A stretch of 57,068 nt of DNA, filler included, from Sphacelaria rigidula (GCA_964200075.2; 3 parts of 3 records of this genome joined end to end with filler, not necessarily neighbours in it); one strand, 5' to 3'; shown: positions 12,673 through 25,881, counted from the first letter of the whole stretch. The notes: generated from the letters alone by a model not told the origin. A program made the numbers and translations.

Positions 12673-14420
12673 GCGAGCTACCGTACAGTCAGATGGAGGC
12701 CTGACACACGGTGCGGATTTGTTTTTGCCACATGTACAGTATCAGGATCTACGTGAGGGCTCACGGATCCGAGGTGCGCGAGGTCGGGTTCTCCCCGAGA
12801 AGAACATGGTGTGTGTTGCTTCAATCCTGCATTTTGGGGTTGTGGTCAAGACTGGCCGGGTCAGGGGGGCGAGGCAACGAGCCTAACCGCGATCGAACTC
12901 ACTACCCCGTGTCAGCTGACACATTATTGCCAATCGTTACATCAGCCCTTTTTTTCGGATCCGCGATTGGAACATAGAATGTTCCCGGGCAGCCACGCAT
13001 ACAAAGAACCGCCACTCCTCGGACACCGACACATATGTGTATCAGTGGCACGTCATTCGTAGTATGACACATATCGTGCGGAGCAAATGCATGTGGATAC
13101 ACGAGGTAAGGATACTTGGTGATCACACATACAGGAAAAAGCCATGTGTCATACATTTTGTTTTGTTTTCCTGCGGTGTTTCTCCGTCTTTGCCCCTGGG
13201 AGAAATACCTGCTTCGGAACTCCACACGTGTACGTTGGAAGAGCAACTTTGATGTAAACAAACCCGCCAAAGACGGTACGTAGTGCGCCTCAACTTGTAC
13301 TAGTGAATTCCCATATCCGCAATGAAGGGAAGTACCAGGGCGCTCTTCCGGGCTGTTGGATACCATTTCGAGAGAAAGTCATTCCATACCACTCTATGAG
13401 AGTTTTGTGCCCTCGTCTCGGAACTGCTCCGTGGGAACACAAATCGGACCCAACACTCACCTGCTAAGAGCACCTTCACTCGGACACAGAGCACCAAGCA
13501 GCTCCCGAAACTCGAAGCACTTGTGGAGTGCCTTTTCATCTTATTTTATTTGTCACACTTTGGATCCCTCCCCTTCGTCGGGACGAGTCTGCGATCTCTC
13601 CCCGGTACTTCCATGTTGAAAATGGACAGCTCCGATGAGCACGCATTGATAGATGGCCGTGTTGAGTTTAGTGTCTTGCACCTTACTTTCCAAGAAGTAA
13701 ACGGAGAAACTAGTGACCGTTCGTTGGGGGTAACGATGCTGGTGAAAAAAGCGGGCCGAAAGGTGGGTGATCTCTGTAGAGATTTTCGTCAATAGGTTTG
13801 CACGGTAAACATGTCGTACGCATTAAGGGGGTGATGCAACTAACACATGTCGTCTGCTTAACTATAAAATACTATCGTGAACCACAGCAGTTGTAGTGCG
13901 TTCAGCGTTCAGTCTCGTGCTTCTGATTCGGGTACTGTTGCTTGCCTTGCTTCCTGTGCGCACACCCTACCCTGCCGTCAATACAACAGAGAGGACTCTG
14001 CAGTACAATCAGTTCAGGATACAGAACCGCACTGACATCTAGTTCTGGCACACATGTAGTCAATCATGATTACGCCCTAATGACCATAAGCACAAGGTTT
14101 ATTTGATACGCAGCGTGTGCGAGGTTGTTGGACAATCTGAGCTCAACTCGGCTAAGTTTCGGCTCTACCGCAGCAAACGGTTGGCTTCCGGGTTGCTCCC
14201 GAGCAATGCTTAGTGCCTGGATACTGAATCACAGGCGCACTAAACAGAATCGAGGTGATACACTTGGAATACCTGTACTATAGAACGTGAATGTTGGAAC
14301 AAAGATAATTGGAGGTCCAACTTGTGGAGCATGACGAGTTGTTCTGCAAGATTGTTCTACGGCTACTAGCCGCACACCCTCACCGGGTTTCCCAGATGGG
14401 ACTCAAAGAGGAAGTAAAAA

Positions 14421-14527
14421 GGGTTGTACTCATGATCATGCATGCCATTGTCATAAGACCATTGACGTCGCACCCCTACAAAGCCGGGACGGAGCACACC
14501 GGGTTTTCGCTGGACCAGGCTCGCAGT
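14421..14527 (+). repeat. Interspersed repeat fragment, inverted copy at 36413-36520
   Basis: GTACTCATGATCATGCATGCCAT...CCGGGTTTTCGC.GGAC.AGGCTCGCAG is present at both sites. Confidence 0.75.
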
Positions 14528-16850
14528 CAATCAATCACCGAGCGCGAAGCGCCGTGGTGTGTTCGGCGAGTCGCATGAAGGGTGAGCTGCATCGTGCTAA
14601 GATCGTTCGGCCCGAAGTCTACTGATGATCTTGCATTTGGATGACAACCTACAATGAGTTGCTTTATTTTCTGGTTTCGCCACTTCCAGAGACACGACTT
14701 ATACACTGCCTCATGGGTGTCTGCATGCCCCCTAGAGTAGGAAGGGGTGGGAGAAAAACAGCTGGGTGAGCTCGTCCAGGCTCCAGCCCAGAACATGGCT
14801 ACAGAATTCACCCGAACATACATCCCTTGCCAATATACGGGGTAGATATTGGCTTCTCATCACGGTTGTAGCCACGAGAAGTATCAGCGCTTGGTCCCTG
14901 TACTAACCTACCAGATGTACGTACCCTGCCCTTTTTCCAACCTCGGTTCATGTGCATGAACGTCACTTCGAGATAGACATTGTCGGGGTACTGAATGAAC
15001 TTCCAACACCCCTCCCCGTTGATGAAAAACCACGCCACATGTACGAAAGCCGCGTTACCCTACGTACCAGTGTTCCCCCGAAGCAGATCGAAAACTCATT
15101 ATTTTAAAATTTGCCTACTCCCTCGCGCCGCATCATAATTTCTTGTGCTCATGCACTCATTCGCTATCCTGGAATAATCAAGATCATAGTTCCTTGCGTA
15201 ATGTTGAGAGCAGACATTCGATATTGGAAATATTCTTGCTCTAACGTGCTACAGTCTTCCTCGGCAATAAGTCGGAAACTACTATTCTCGGTCTGTATTT
15301 CATTAAATTATTTACTTATTTAGTTTGTTTATTTATCTGTCGCACTTTGAACCATGTGATGTTCTCATCCCTTCTTTGTATAACTGATATTAACGTCTGG
15401 AGAAAACAGCAGTTTGCTTGAAAAGTCAAAAATCCATTCCACTCATCGATCGGTACTGGTAGTATAAATTGTATCGTTGTCCTCTCTTGCAAAGGGGATA
15501 CAGCATTCACAAGCGCAGTTGAAACTAGTCTTGAATATTTATTTGTTTCCGTTTGGTATTCTACGGTATCGTTGTATTCCCTCAATCAGGATATATCCCG
15601 CAGTGCAACTGTAGTGCAGAACATCGGTGTTCAAGTTTTGTTTTCTTCAATCGCTCGTCGCACAGCCGTCGTTTTGGCTGTCTCGCTGCGGGTGCGATTC
15701 AGTGTGATAAATTATGTAGTGCTATTCTTGGGTCTTCGGTCCTTCTCCAGTAAAACCTATAACCTATTGTTCGAATCCCCAAGAATTACCACCACTTTCT
15801 CGGCAATTCCACATTCGAATTGCCACAGTTTTCTCCAGTGTGCTACCTACATATTCATCACGTACACCGTCTCCCTGCCGTGTATCGAAGTACACCTCGA
15901 GCTTGCCGAGCTCGACTTCTTTTGCATTCGGGGTGACCCTGAGATTCCATGTCCCCCGTAATCAACCCTGGCCTCTCCGGGATTAGACCAATAATCCCGC
16001 TTTCTCGTCTATGCTCAATCTTTGTTGGTAGTATAATAGTGTCCGAGACGAATTTCACCTCCTGCTGTTGCTTCACATCCTGCTCGCTAACACCGGGCAC
16101 CGGAATCTCGTTTGGCTTGTAAATGCTGCTGCTGGCACTTACCTCTCCATCATTCGCCATCTCCCTTCCGGCAGTCCCCATTCCCGAGCTTAGCCTCGAT
16201 GGCTGTGGAGTGTGCATCGCTAGGCCTGCCCTGCACTGGGGATAAAATAGTCTTCAGACACGGAAAAATCACTGCGGATACCTTGTGTTACTGTTGATGA
16301 CTTTTTTGCCCGTTTCATTCCCTACGCTGATACCCATCGTCCGCGTCCGTCGACTTCGTAATTTTCTCCTTTTTTTGTTCTTGTTGCTGTCCGTCTCTGC
16401 TTCGTGCGTGTGAATTTAGCGCTACCTCTTCTTGAGTCTGTGTCCTCACTCACCTCCGTTGTCACGTGGATATCCAAACGTCCCCAGTGTTCAGGACTGT
16501 TGTTTGCCCCGTCTTACTTCGTTGCGACTCTCGCATTGTCCGCACTGTTCCGTCTGTACCAATGTTGCCCTATGTATGTGCCGAATTCTTGCTGTAGCGG
16601 GATGGGAAACAAACTTCGCGTCTAAATATGAGTTTTTGTGCGATTACTATCTCCACTCCCTCTGTGGCCATGCACCCTGATAAAAAGAATCTCGTATCTC
16701 TCGATTCTAGATGAGGTCACGACTGTCATCGTGAAATTTTGTGCGTGGTCGAGATCAGTAGACAGCCACAAAGAGTATTCTGTGGCTTATGTCATCACGT
16801 ATCTCCCCAGTAGCATTCACCGGCATCGAGGCTTACAATTTCGTGTAGCA

Positions 16851-17295
16851 ACACAGGATTTTACAATTGGGGATGGATTTGTTTTGAGGATGAGAACCTG
16901 GAGCATTAAAATCTTCGTATCTACACCAAATGTTCGAGATATAGTTCCACTCCTTCACCTACTGGTGGCTATTGGCAACTACTACACGCCACACAAATTT
17001 GGATCCTGATAACCGACATGTTGGGGTCCTAGGTGAAGAAATAATTTTGGGTAATTAAGGTGATCCGATCAGATCGCCGAATTTCCCCAAAATTGAACTT
17101 TCATCTGGGAACTCAACAATTCGGTTATCAAAATCCAAATTTGTATTTTGTGTCGTGTAGTAGTTGTCAATAGCTACTAGAAAGGGAAGAAATGCGACCA
17201 TTTTTCGAAGAGTTGGTGTGGATACGAAGATTTGAAATTTCCGGGTTTTTCATCCTCAATAAAAACCCCATCCGCAACTTGTCAAAAACCCCGTG
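16851..17295. mobile_element. Foldback MITE family B, copy 1 (in kinase intron 1)
   Basis: ACACAGGATTTTACAATTGGGGATGGA...CCCATCCGCAACTTGTCAAAAACCCCGTG; long inverted arms; similar to 37571 and 55433. Confidence 0.8.
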
Positions 17296-17441
17296 CCTAG
17301 TGGATGACAATTTGTTCTGCCCTCTGCAGCAAGTTGCTGTTGATGTAATGATGGAACGCATGAGTCTTCTATCGGCGTGGTAAGTCTTCTTGTCCATCTG
17401 TGCCGCGAAACTACACCCTTGACTGGTCTGTACTGCGCTAG

Positions 17442-17535
17442 GGCCAAGCGAAAGCCGGACGGGACTATGGTGGCTTTAAAGAGGATCCCTGCCGACAGTA
17501 TGGACGAGAAGGCGAGATCCAAGTGTCTCAAAGAG
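17442..17535 (+). CDS. NEK6/7-like kinase, exon 2; no further exon found before the contig end at 18957
   Basis: Acceptor ctag|G, donor GAG|gtatgt. Encodes (R)AKRKPDGTMVALKRIPADSMDEKARSKCLKE (subdomain II VALK, helix-C Glu), resembling NEK6/7 VALKK...MDAKARQDCxKE. Phase matches exon 1. Confidence 0.88.
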
Positions 17536-18957
17536 GTATGTTGGTATGGCAATACGGTCGGAAGTCGGCTGGCAAGGCCGCTACTGTGAAATATCAGCCG
17601 GCAACGAAATGGTCTCCACGTAAAATTTTTCCCTCAGAGTGTGTGTACGTGTGAAGCATACTATCAAGTGCTAGTGTCTGATGCCGTGCTGTTAGCCCTC
17701 TGGGAACCCGCTCCTCTCCTCCCCGAACCAGATGCCTCATTTTCCACAGACGCCTGTGGTCAAAAGCAGGGCCACAATATGTCTACAACCATATGAAGTG
17801 CGCAGACGGTGTAAACAAGCGCCGCACTCTCCGAGCTTTCAAATCACCCCAGGCACGCTCTGTTGCATACGCTGCGACTTTCTCTCATACGTGATATCGT
17901 CGCGGAGGGCTTTTGTTCGGCGTCTCTTCCTCTCTCAAGTCGCAGCAGTGTCATCAGCTGAGTCAACGGCCCATCTCGGATTGAAACCGGACGCGTTTCT
18001 TACATTTATCAAAGAAAGTGCTACTCGTGTCGTGCTGCGAGTCATGTAAGTGTGTGTACATCACTCCCCCGCTTGCTGAGAGTTATCTCGACGTTTGATG
18101 GCGAGGATAGTAGGCGCAGGCCACATAGATTCCATAGTACACGCACATTTTGTTGGCTGTGTCGTCTATTGGATCGTCCGTGCGAAGATGGAACATCCGT
18201 CGAGGGTATGCCTAAAGAAACCAACGAGCATGGAAGAAAGGAGGGATGCGTTTGTGAGAGCATATGATACTTAGCCTAACTCACGACTGCGGCATATATG
18301 AGGTAACCACGAGGGGGCAGAGCACCATCACTAGTAAAGTACACCGCCACGTGTAGGTTGTACTTATTGCTGCTGTGTAGTAGCGTGCGTACACCCTATT
18401 GTTGGGTGTTGATGTTGGTGGGTGTGCGCTTGGAGAGGACTAGTACTTGCGAAGGTCTGCTACTGCCTGATTTGTGCATTGCAGCTGTCTGCACAGACAT
18501 TTGTCACACGGATGTGCATGCACAAGTTACATCGAAGTGATCAACCCTGCGTGTCATTCCCACATCTTTGATTGGTATGCCGGTCTGATAGTCTCGCATT
18601 CCGGCGAAAATGTAGAAAAACATGTACTTCCTCTGTCCCATAAGTAAAGCCACCTAAAATTGTACGGGCCCTTAACGATGTCCGATCGTTTTTTTTCATT
18701 AACTCTACGGTGTTTTTTGGGTTAAGAAAATGTGCTTAAAATTTGCAGCTCGTGCTTGAACCATGCCGCCGAACGGCTGTCAAAAAAGTAGTCGGCCCCA
18801 AAATGGCCGTTTTTTGCCCCTTTCCGAGGGGGGAAAAAAAGTGCCGATTTTTTTCTTGATTTTTTTTTCAATCGCGTGGGACTTCCTGGCAGCCCCAGTG
18901 AAGGCGGGGGCGAATAAAAAAAATAATGAATAGACACTTTTTTTCCCCTCGGAGAGG

Positions 18958-19057
18958 NNNNNNNNNNNNNNNNNNNNNNNNNNNNNNNNNNNNNNNNNNN
19001 NTTAATTAATTAANNNNNNNNNNNNNNNNNNNNNNNNNNNNNNNNNNNNNNNNNNNN
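18958..19057. other. Artificial contig spacer (N44-TTAATTAATTAA-N44)
   Basis: Exactly 100 bp; six-frame stop linker at 19002-19013. Confidence 0.98.
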
Positions 19058-19221
19058 AATGAGTACCCCCCCCCCCCCTCCCCCCACCCCTTTTTTTTCG
19101 AAATAGAAAGGGAAAAAACCAAGGAACCCTCTTTGCCGAGAGCGAGAATACGCCAGAATGATCCTGGCAATTGGCCGTCATTCTAATCGTGGCAATACTT
19201 TGGGCCCATCATCAGAGTTTT

Positions 19222-19750
19222 CTTCTCGTGGATGAGGCATAATATAATATATATATATATATATATCCTTCTCGCAAACGACGCAGCAGATATCGCTTTT
19301 AGTGGATGAGGCACGATATATATAGGTATATATATTGTGATTGAGGCATTAGATATCTCTCCCGTGGATGAGGCATTATGCAAATGCATACATAAAGAGG
19401 CTCTAGACATCTCTTTTCCCGCATGTGGCATTACATCTCTTCTCGTGGAGGAGGCAGCATACCTCCCGTCTCGTGCATGAGACAACAAGCGAAAGAGGCA
19501 TTAGGGATCTCCTTTTCACGCATAAGGCATTGCATCTCTTCTCGTGAAGATGGCAGCGTATATTTCTTCTCGTGGACGAGGCAACATCTCTCTTCTCGCA
19601 AAAGAGGCATTAGACATCTCTTTTCACGCATGAGGCATTACATCTCTTTTCGCAAAAGAGTCATTAGACATCTCCTTGCACGCATGAGGCATAACATCTC
19701 TTGTCGTGGAGGAGGCATCAGATGTTTCGTCTCGTGGATGAGGCAACTCG
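19222..19750. repeat. Minisatellite, ~26-28-bp unit GAGGCATTA(GA)CATCTCTTCTCGTGGAT
   Basis: Well over a dozen contiguous diverged GAGGCA-initiated units. Confidence 0.85.
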
Positions 19751-20005
19751 CCGAGTGGAGGCAGTGGTCATATCTCTACACGATGACACCCTTCAAAAGC
19801 ACAGGGTGGGCGGGTAGCGATGCGACTTCTCTCCGACTGCTCACAGCGCAAAGTACGTGTTCCGGATGTACCACCTTCAACACTCGTACTGCCTGCAATC
19901 GAACAGTACAATGGCTGAATGTTCAGGCCACCGCTCTGCACTCCTGCTACTACGTCTGCCTACCACTCTCTCAGCGTGTTAAATGACAATCGCTTCGATG
20001 TTCGG

Positions 20006-20196
20006 TATCAGCTATACAGATGTCTCGAGCCCTGGTCCATTCTGTTTCTGTTCGGTACTCGGCATTACACATGTAACATCATTCATTTGTGATTCAATAT
20101 ATGTATCAGCTATACAGACGTCTCGAGCCCTGATCCATGCTGTTTCTGTTCGGTACTCGGCATTACACTTGTAACATCGTTCATGTGTGATTCAAT
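20006..20196. repeat. Tandem duplication, 98-bp period
   Basis: TATCAGCTATACAGA...GTGATTCAAT begins at 20006 and again at 20104. Confidence 0.9.
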
Positions 20197-20570
20197 TTAT
20201 TTCAATGATGCGATTGGAAATTCTTTCGCTCCCTCAAAACACATATTTCCTTGATTGGGAATATTTCGCTTTGTACTCGGCATTCGAATTTGTGCATTGA
20301 TGAAAGCCCTGTGCACAGGGCAGGTGCGTGGGGGGGAGCATTTTTCCAAAATGCCAGCCACCCCGAATGTAAGTTGTCATGGAGAAGAACTGACAACGCC
20401 AACTGGCAAAACCGTAGGTCCCTGCCCGCCACCGAATCACGTTGCCAGTTTCTTCTGAGTGCACAGATTCGTGTGAATTATCCCCAAACCTCCAATACAC
20501 ATACTCGCCTTGCCTGTGTTTGCCAAAGCCTATCTTCTCTCACATCATGTATAAACGTATTCCAATCATT

Positions 20571-21530
20571 TCACAGACCATTCCAACAGGTCCCTTCTCC
20601 TGGTTGCTTCCGCCTCCCGATCGACTCCTTTTCTACGGCGCTATACACCCTCTTTGCACTTTCATTACTTTTTCTCACGTGAGTCTGATAGACATCCGAC
20701 TTCCACCTTTCTTCTTTCTGCAATATGTCAGGCGATATTCCTCCAGCTGAAAGTTGAGTAGCCCCGCCAATACGTAGGGAGTGCAATGCGTATTCATCCG
20801 GGTTTGCTCCCGCCGCCGCTACCAATGTCCGTTATGCTTTGGTGGCCTGATCCTGGGTCCACCAAACGGGTACCCCATCGCCATGTAAATGCACCATTAA
20901 CGATGAGTCTACGGGAAAATTTCGGAATCAAGACAACAATTCCACCACCACATCTACCGCTCCTAGCATCGGAGAATCCCTATTGTCCGTATTCTAACTG
21001 ATGGAACGTTTTGTACGTGTAACGATGGCCCCCCGTCTCATCTGGTCACCCTTGGATGCACGAAAGCGTACCTCAACACGATCAGCCAAAAACCAGAACG
21101 GTAATTCCACTTGCCGCTCTTCATGAAATAATGCTACGTCCTTCCTACGCAAGCAATATGCAGGATGTACGCGATGTTTGTTCTCAGCAAACAGTTCGGA
21201 TGCGCGGGTTAAAAAGAAATATGACATTCCGAGACCCAAAAATAATACCCGGCCCCGAGGTCCCCATTGTGACACCAGCGTTTCAGCTGTGCATAACGTC
21301 GCCCAAGACATGGGGCGCCTTACTTGCGGTTGGTTCCCGACCTCGGTGTGACTACGCTCGACCCCGTTTTAGCGCCTTTTGCACCAAGGCGTGCCCAACA
21401 GGTAAATCCAGGTTGAACAATATCTGGTGGAAATACTCAACAGCTGCTAGATGATTTCCAATTGTTGCTCCTTGTAACCCCTACACTAAGCAGGCGTAAG
21501 ACACATAAGACAGAATAATATTCACATAGT
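20571..21530 (-). pseudogene. Tyrosine recombinase of the DIRS/Ngaro-like element (frameshifted)
   Basis: GATIGNHLAAVEYFH (N-terminal region), YFFLTRASEL (catalytic R), FRASKGDQ (K), YALHSLRIGGAT (HxxR), RWKSDVYQTHVR. Confidence 0.9.
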
Positions 21531-21890
21531 CCATTGTATTCATGTCGCGCAGGCAGCGAACGCATGACCCAAAACATCCTTGGTAAGTCTGCTCAGAAGT
21601 TCGCGCAATGGATCGTTTGGCAAACTCGAATCCAAAATGTTGGAACAAAGCTGGATCCCCGGGTCTTCTATCACCTGTTCATGCTACGGGACATCGGGAC
21701 GCAACGCAATCAAATTGGTGGTGACAGGCTGTCGCGGCCACCTCGAAATACCATCTGCTACATAGTTTAGTACACCGGGGACATGTATAGCGTCGAAATA
21801 TCATCCACTGGCCATTTCAAGAACCCCTAAATAGCGCATCAATACCCCTGCCCGCGGTTCATTACCCCCCCCCCCCGGGGACTTCTTAAC

Positions 21891-22154
21891 TCATTGCACA
21901 GCAGATTTATTATCCCCACGCATTAAAACGCAATCTTTGGTACCGCCCGGTTTTTCTTGATGGAGAACCACCATCATCCACGCAGAGATGACCATTCCCA
22001 GCAATTCAAGCACTTTCTTGGAAATATCATTCTCGTGATGGATTTGGTGACCGCGAATTCGGTTCCGTTGGTCTGGCGTCAGATGATACCGCCACCACGT
22101 GCCGGTCTCTGAACAAAACCCACCAATAGCCCATGCGGATGCATCGAAAACCAC
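21891..22154 (-). pseudogene. DIRS-type RNase H domain
   Basis: FDASAWAIGG...ISKKVLELLGMV...VLMRGDNKSAVQ matches the DAS / ELL / DN..AV motif pattern. Confidence 0.85.
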
Positions 22155-23852
22155 GAGCGCGCTGGGCTCCGCTCCAATAGGTGGTATGCATGGTCAAACA
22201 TTTGACCCCCGAGGAGGGATAGACCGTCCGAGGCGAGCCACCTCCAAAAATCCCCATCACCGTGAAATTTCGCTTCGAGTCCGACTCGCCGGTTGCGGTC
22301 TGCTGAACGCACGGCAAATTCCGTCATTCCTACCCCGGCTTTATGTACTGTCGACAAGTTCACGGATTGCAATATTCGCCGTACAAATAATTGTCCTGGA
22401 CAAATCACGAATGATATATGCAAAAAAAACCGTGAGGGATTCTATTTCTCGTACGGTGGCGTACTTCCGCAATGGCGGCTAGTTCGTAACGAGTGCCTGC
22501 AATTTGCGTACTTTTATTCCTGACATCGAAATCGTCAATACCTCAGTATCAAAATACCATTCCAGCACTTCCATACTGGTTTCCCGGTTAGACATCTTGT
22601 GGGCCGATAGCAACGGGGGGTCTTGATCACCCCGTTCCCCCAATAAACGAAAATGGTCGGACGCCAGGGACTGGGTTGCACGCAAACATAGACGAAAACC
22701 TAAACCACTGGACGCTTTCTACAAGTATTGCGTCATCTGCGTAGTATCGTACAAAAAATGGGTCTGAAATATAACCGCCGGAGCCCGGGATTGCGTCACA
22801 GTCGGCAGGTACATGCACAATGGGCTGATTACGTGGCGCCGCCACTGTGATCCCCGCTGACGCCGCCCACCCGGCTCCCGGTATGCGAGCGCCGCGGAAA
22901 GTTGTGTGATTATGTGAGTATTCCAATGCGGAGGCTCTTAATGCCCAGAAAACGGCACTACTCCGCCATCCAAATTGCAACCGCAGATCAGAGACCACTA
23001 CGCCATCCACAGTATAACATAAAACTTGCGCACCCGTAGGATCTATAGGTATCTGTCGATAGGCCTCACTCACATCCATTTTGCTGAGTACAATACGTGC
23101 GGCTGCACCCTGCGATTGGCGCAGATACAAAATGTGTAACATCACCTCCTTCAGTACGTGACCCAGTGCGACTGGCGGCGCAGATTCAAAATCCGTGTCC
23201 TCGTTAACGCTTGTGTTTCCATCAGGGTCGTTCTGAGGGAAAGAAAGATCACGGATAATCTGGAATTCGTCTTCTACAACTCCCACTGGAGAGACCCGTA
23301 ATTTTTCAGTTTCGCGGGTTCAACTCTTTTTCGAAAACAATGGCCCTGCCGGTAATCACATCTGTTATCACTTTCGATCGCAACTATCGAGCATAGGGGA
23401 TAGTGCTGCGATGGTTGTCATATTCCAACGCAAAAATGTGCATCGCCGACCTCGTTAACATCCACCTTAGCCCCTGGTTTCAACGTGCCCAGCAAACGCT
23501 CGATTCCGGGACATTTCTTGAGTCCCCCAAACCAGTGTGACACACGGCTGACATCTATATGCGGTGCAAATTGCGAAAACCCAATGATATTCACCAAATC
23601 ACCAATATTTTCCCCCGTTATTGCGAAGAGTTCAGACCCCATACGTGCTATCACTCGCAATTGTTCTAAACGGTACTGATCATCCTGCAATCGACCAACT
23701 TGGTACTTCCACTGTGCAATCAAGTCAAGAATCTCAGCAAAAACTGAGTTATCCGTGGAAAAGTGGTCTGGCAATGGGATATTTTTTCGAACAGCACACA
23801 CCAGAGTGTTGCATCCCCAATGATTCTGGCACAAGCGGCTCGCGTTCGCCAA
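22027..23852 (-). pseudogene. Reverse transcriptase of the DIRS/Ngaro-like element (frameshifted)
   Basis: GVVEDEFQIIRDLSF...SVNED, LSKMDVSEAYRQIPIDP, DLRLQFGWRSS, YYADDAIL, then MEVLEWYFDTEVLTISM (LG...DT-type motif) in a shifted frame. Confidence 0.9.
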
Positions 23853-24409
23853 TAGTGTGGTCTGCTTGCGCCATCGCGTCTCGAGGTAGCTCCCTCAAGC
23901 CTCCTCGACCTATCTCCGTAACGCGCCGCCCCGCCTCCGACACCGTTGGCCCCCCCGCCCCTCGGCGGAGCCCGCACCCCTATCCAGATGTCGGCGGTGC
24001 ATTCCCACCGGTCGCTGCCGTTGGTCCTCCTCCACGGGCGGTACCCCGACCTTCGGGGTCGTACGTGCCGCGGAAGTTTGGCTCGTGATGCCCGCGCCCC
24101 TACCCGCCTGTGCATCACGATCCTGAGTACCGCCCCCTCGTCCGCTATTTCCGGCTCCGGCCCTCGCTGGTGCCGAACGACGGGCTCTCTCTGTCTTCAC
24201 CTCGCCTCGGTCACGCCCCAAACCTCCGGCGTGGCAGTATTTCATTTTCCGTCCAACCTCTTGAAACAAGTGAGGTTCCTCTTTGCGGCGGGTGTTGTCG
24301 CCGCCCGTTTTCTTGGGCCAGTCCCACCGCCAGTCGGCGCACTCCGTTTTCTGCGGTCTTGGTCGAAATTCTCCTCCGCCGACATATGTCCAGAATCGAG
24401 ATAATGTTG

Positions 24410-24970
24410 TTAATTCGGGAAGGTTGGGATTGACATCATCGGTACGCTTGCTGCTGATGGCGGGGGCGAGTCGTGTCGAGCCAGGAAAAAATGGGACTCG
24501 TTGGTCATGGCCTCCGTCCATCCCCGCAGGTCCGTGTTGATCATTTTCTCGAACATTGCAGATTTTTCCTCGACCAGCAGAGTGCGGGTCATCGCATACA
24601 TGCAAAATGTCTGCAATACCTTGTCGAACGCCGCTTCCAGCTGGGATATGCGCTGGTTGCATGTGGCCGACTCTCCGTCAGCCTGAGGGTGGCTAGCCTC
24701 AAGGCCGGCACATAACAGTTTTGCTTTTCCGTGCTTCACCAGCGCCAGGCGGTCGACGATCGAGATCGACGTTGACGAGTAATATCGGCTACGCGAACTG
24801 AAATCCATCACGTTAAACCCACCCATTTCCGACAGGGTGGTGAAGACGTTGATAGTCACGAGAAGGATGTCGCCCATAAGGCCCTGCAGTTCGCTCTTTG
24901 TCATTGCGTGTGGCATTCTCCCGCGCAACTCCCAGATCACACGCGTTTTTGTTTCCTTCCAAGCGTCCAC
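24410..24970 (-). pseudogene. Putative gag-like ORF1 fragment of the YR retrotransposon
   Basis: 186-codon open frame upstream of RT on the same strand. Assigned by position only; no motif recognised. Confidence 0.5.
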
Positions 24971-25881
24971 TCGTGTCTTGTGCTGGGCTTTGTTTCTGGG
25001 TTAGGGTTAGGGTTATGCTCACCATACGTTTTCATTTCTCCCGTTGTTCTCCCCAGGCTTTTAATGTACATACACGATTCACTCGTGACGGTTGCAGACT
25101 CTTTTCTTTTTCTCGAATGACACGTGTATGCTTCAACATCTCACAGCTCGTTCTAATGGTGTTCCTCTCCAGGTTATCTGTCCGATTTAGAAGGTACCTG
25201 ACCCGTTCGTCGTCAGGTTACTTTGCTGATGAATCGGCATCCCTATTACCTAAAATATGCCATGACCCCAAACCACCAAAAAACCACGAACGTTGGAGGT
25301 ATTTCAAACTCGAAGTTCCGGGATTTTATAACATAGGTGACTGTGAAACATAGCCGGAGCGTCGAGTTTCAGATACCCCTCTTGTGGACAAGCGAGTCAG
25401 CTCTCAGCATGTTTGCTATTTTTGGCTGTCAGCTGCAAAAATGGTGAATGGCTGCCAGCTGCCCACGGTAAAACATACACCTGTGGCTCTCAGTTGTCCG
25501 GGCAAACGTGTAGCTGTGGCTCCCTGCCCTCTACAGACTACCCACCAACCCCCCTCCCTCCACCGCATGACGAAAGACGAGGCAATCATTTGTGTCGAAA
25601 AACGACAGGCCAAACAGTAGAAAATGGACGTATATTTGAGGAAAGCTTGTCGACCGACCGCTAGTGGTGAATATGGAGGTGGTTTGACAAGGTCAGACGA
25701 TGGGTGCAATTGTGGGATCTCGCAGGGGTCGAGAGACGATGACTGCCGCCTTGCCGCGCCAACCGCCTGCGGCAACCCGTGTACCGGAGGCCGTCGAGAC
25801 GGCAATCGCCAAGATCGCGGTCCTGCAGGGACATGGGCTCTGCAGGATCCCGCCAACCTGGAAGGCCACACGACATTATAA

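Larger units (their letters stand above)
20571..25350 (-). mobile_element. Degenerate tyrosine-recombinase retrotransposon (DIRS order, Ngaro-like): ORF1, RT, RNase H, YR
   Basis: Co-oriented minus-strand fragments: ORF1 (24410-24970), RT (22627-23286), RNase H (21891-22154) and YR (~20571-21530). Many frameshifts and stops; boundaries approximate; terminal repeats not identified. Confidence 0.9.

Noticed and set aside
15316-16300. Possible decayed minus-strand coding or TE sequence in the kinase intron
   Set aside because: No recognisable domain motifs.
19222-19750. Regularly spaced short repeats resembling a CRISPR array
   Set aside because: Units are contiguous and degenerate with no unique spacers, there are no cas genes and the context is eukaryotic; it is a minisatellite.
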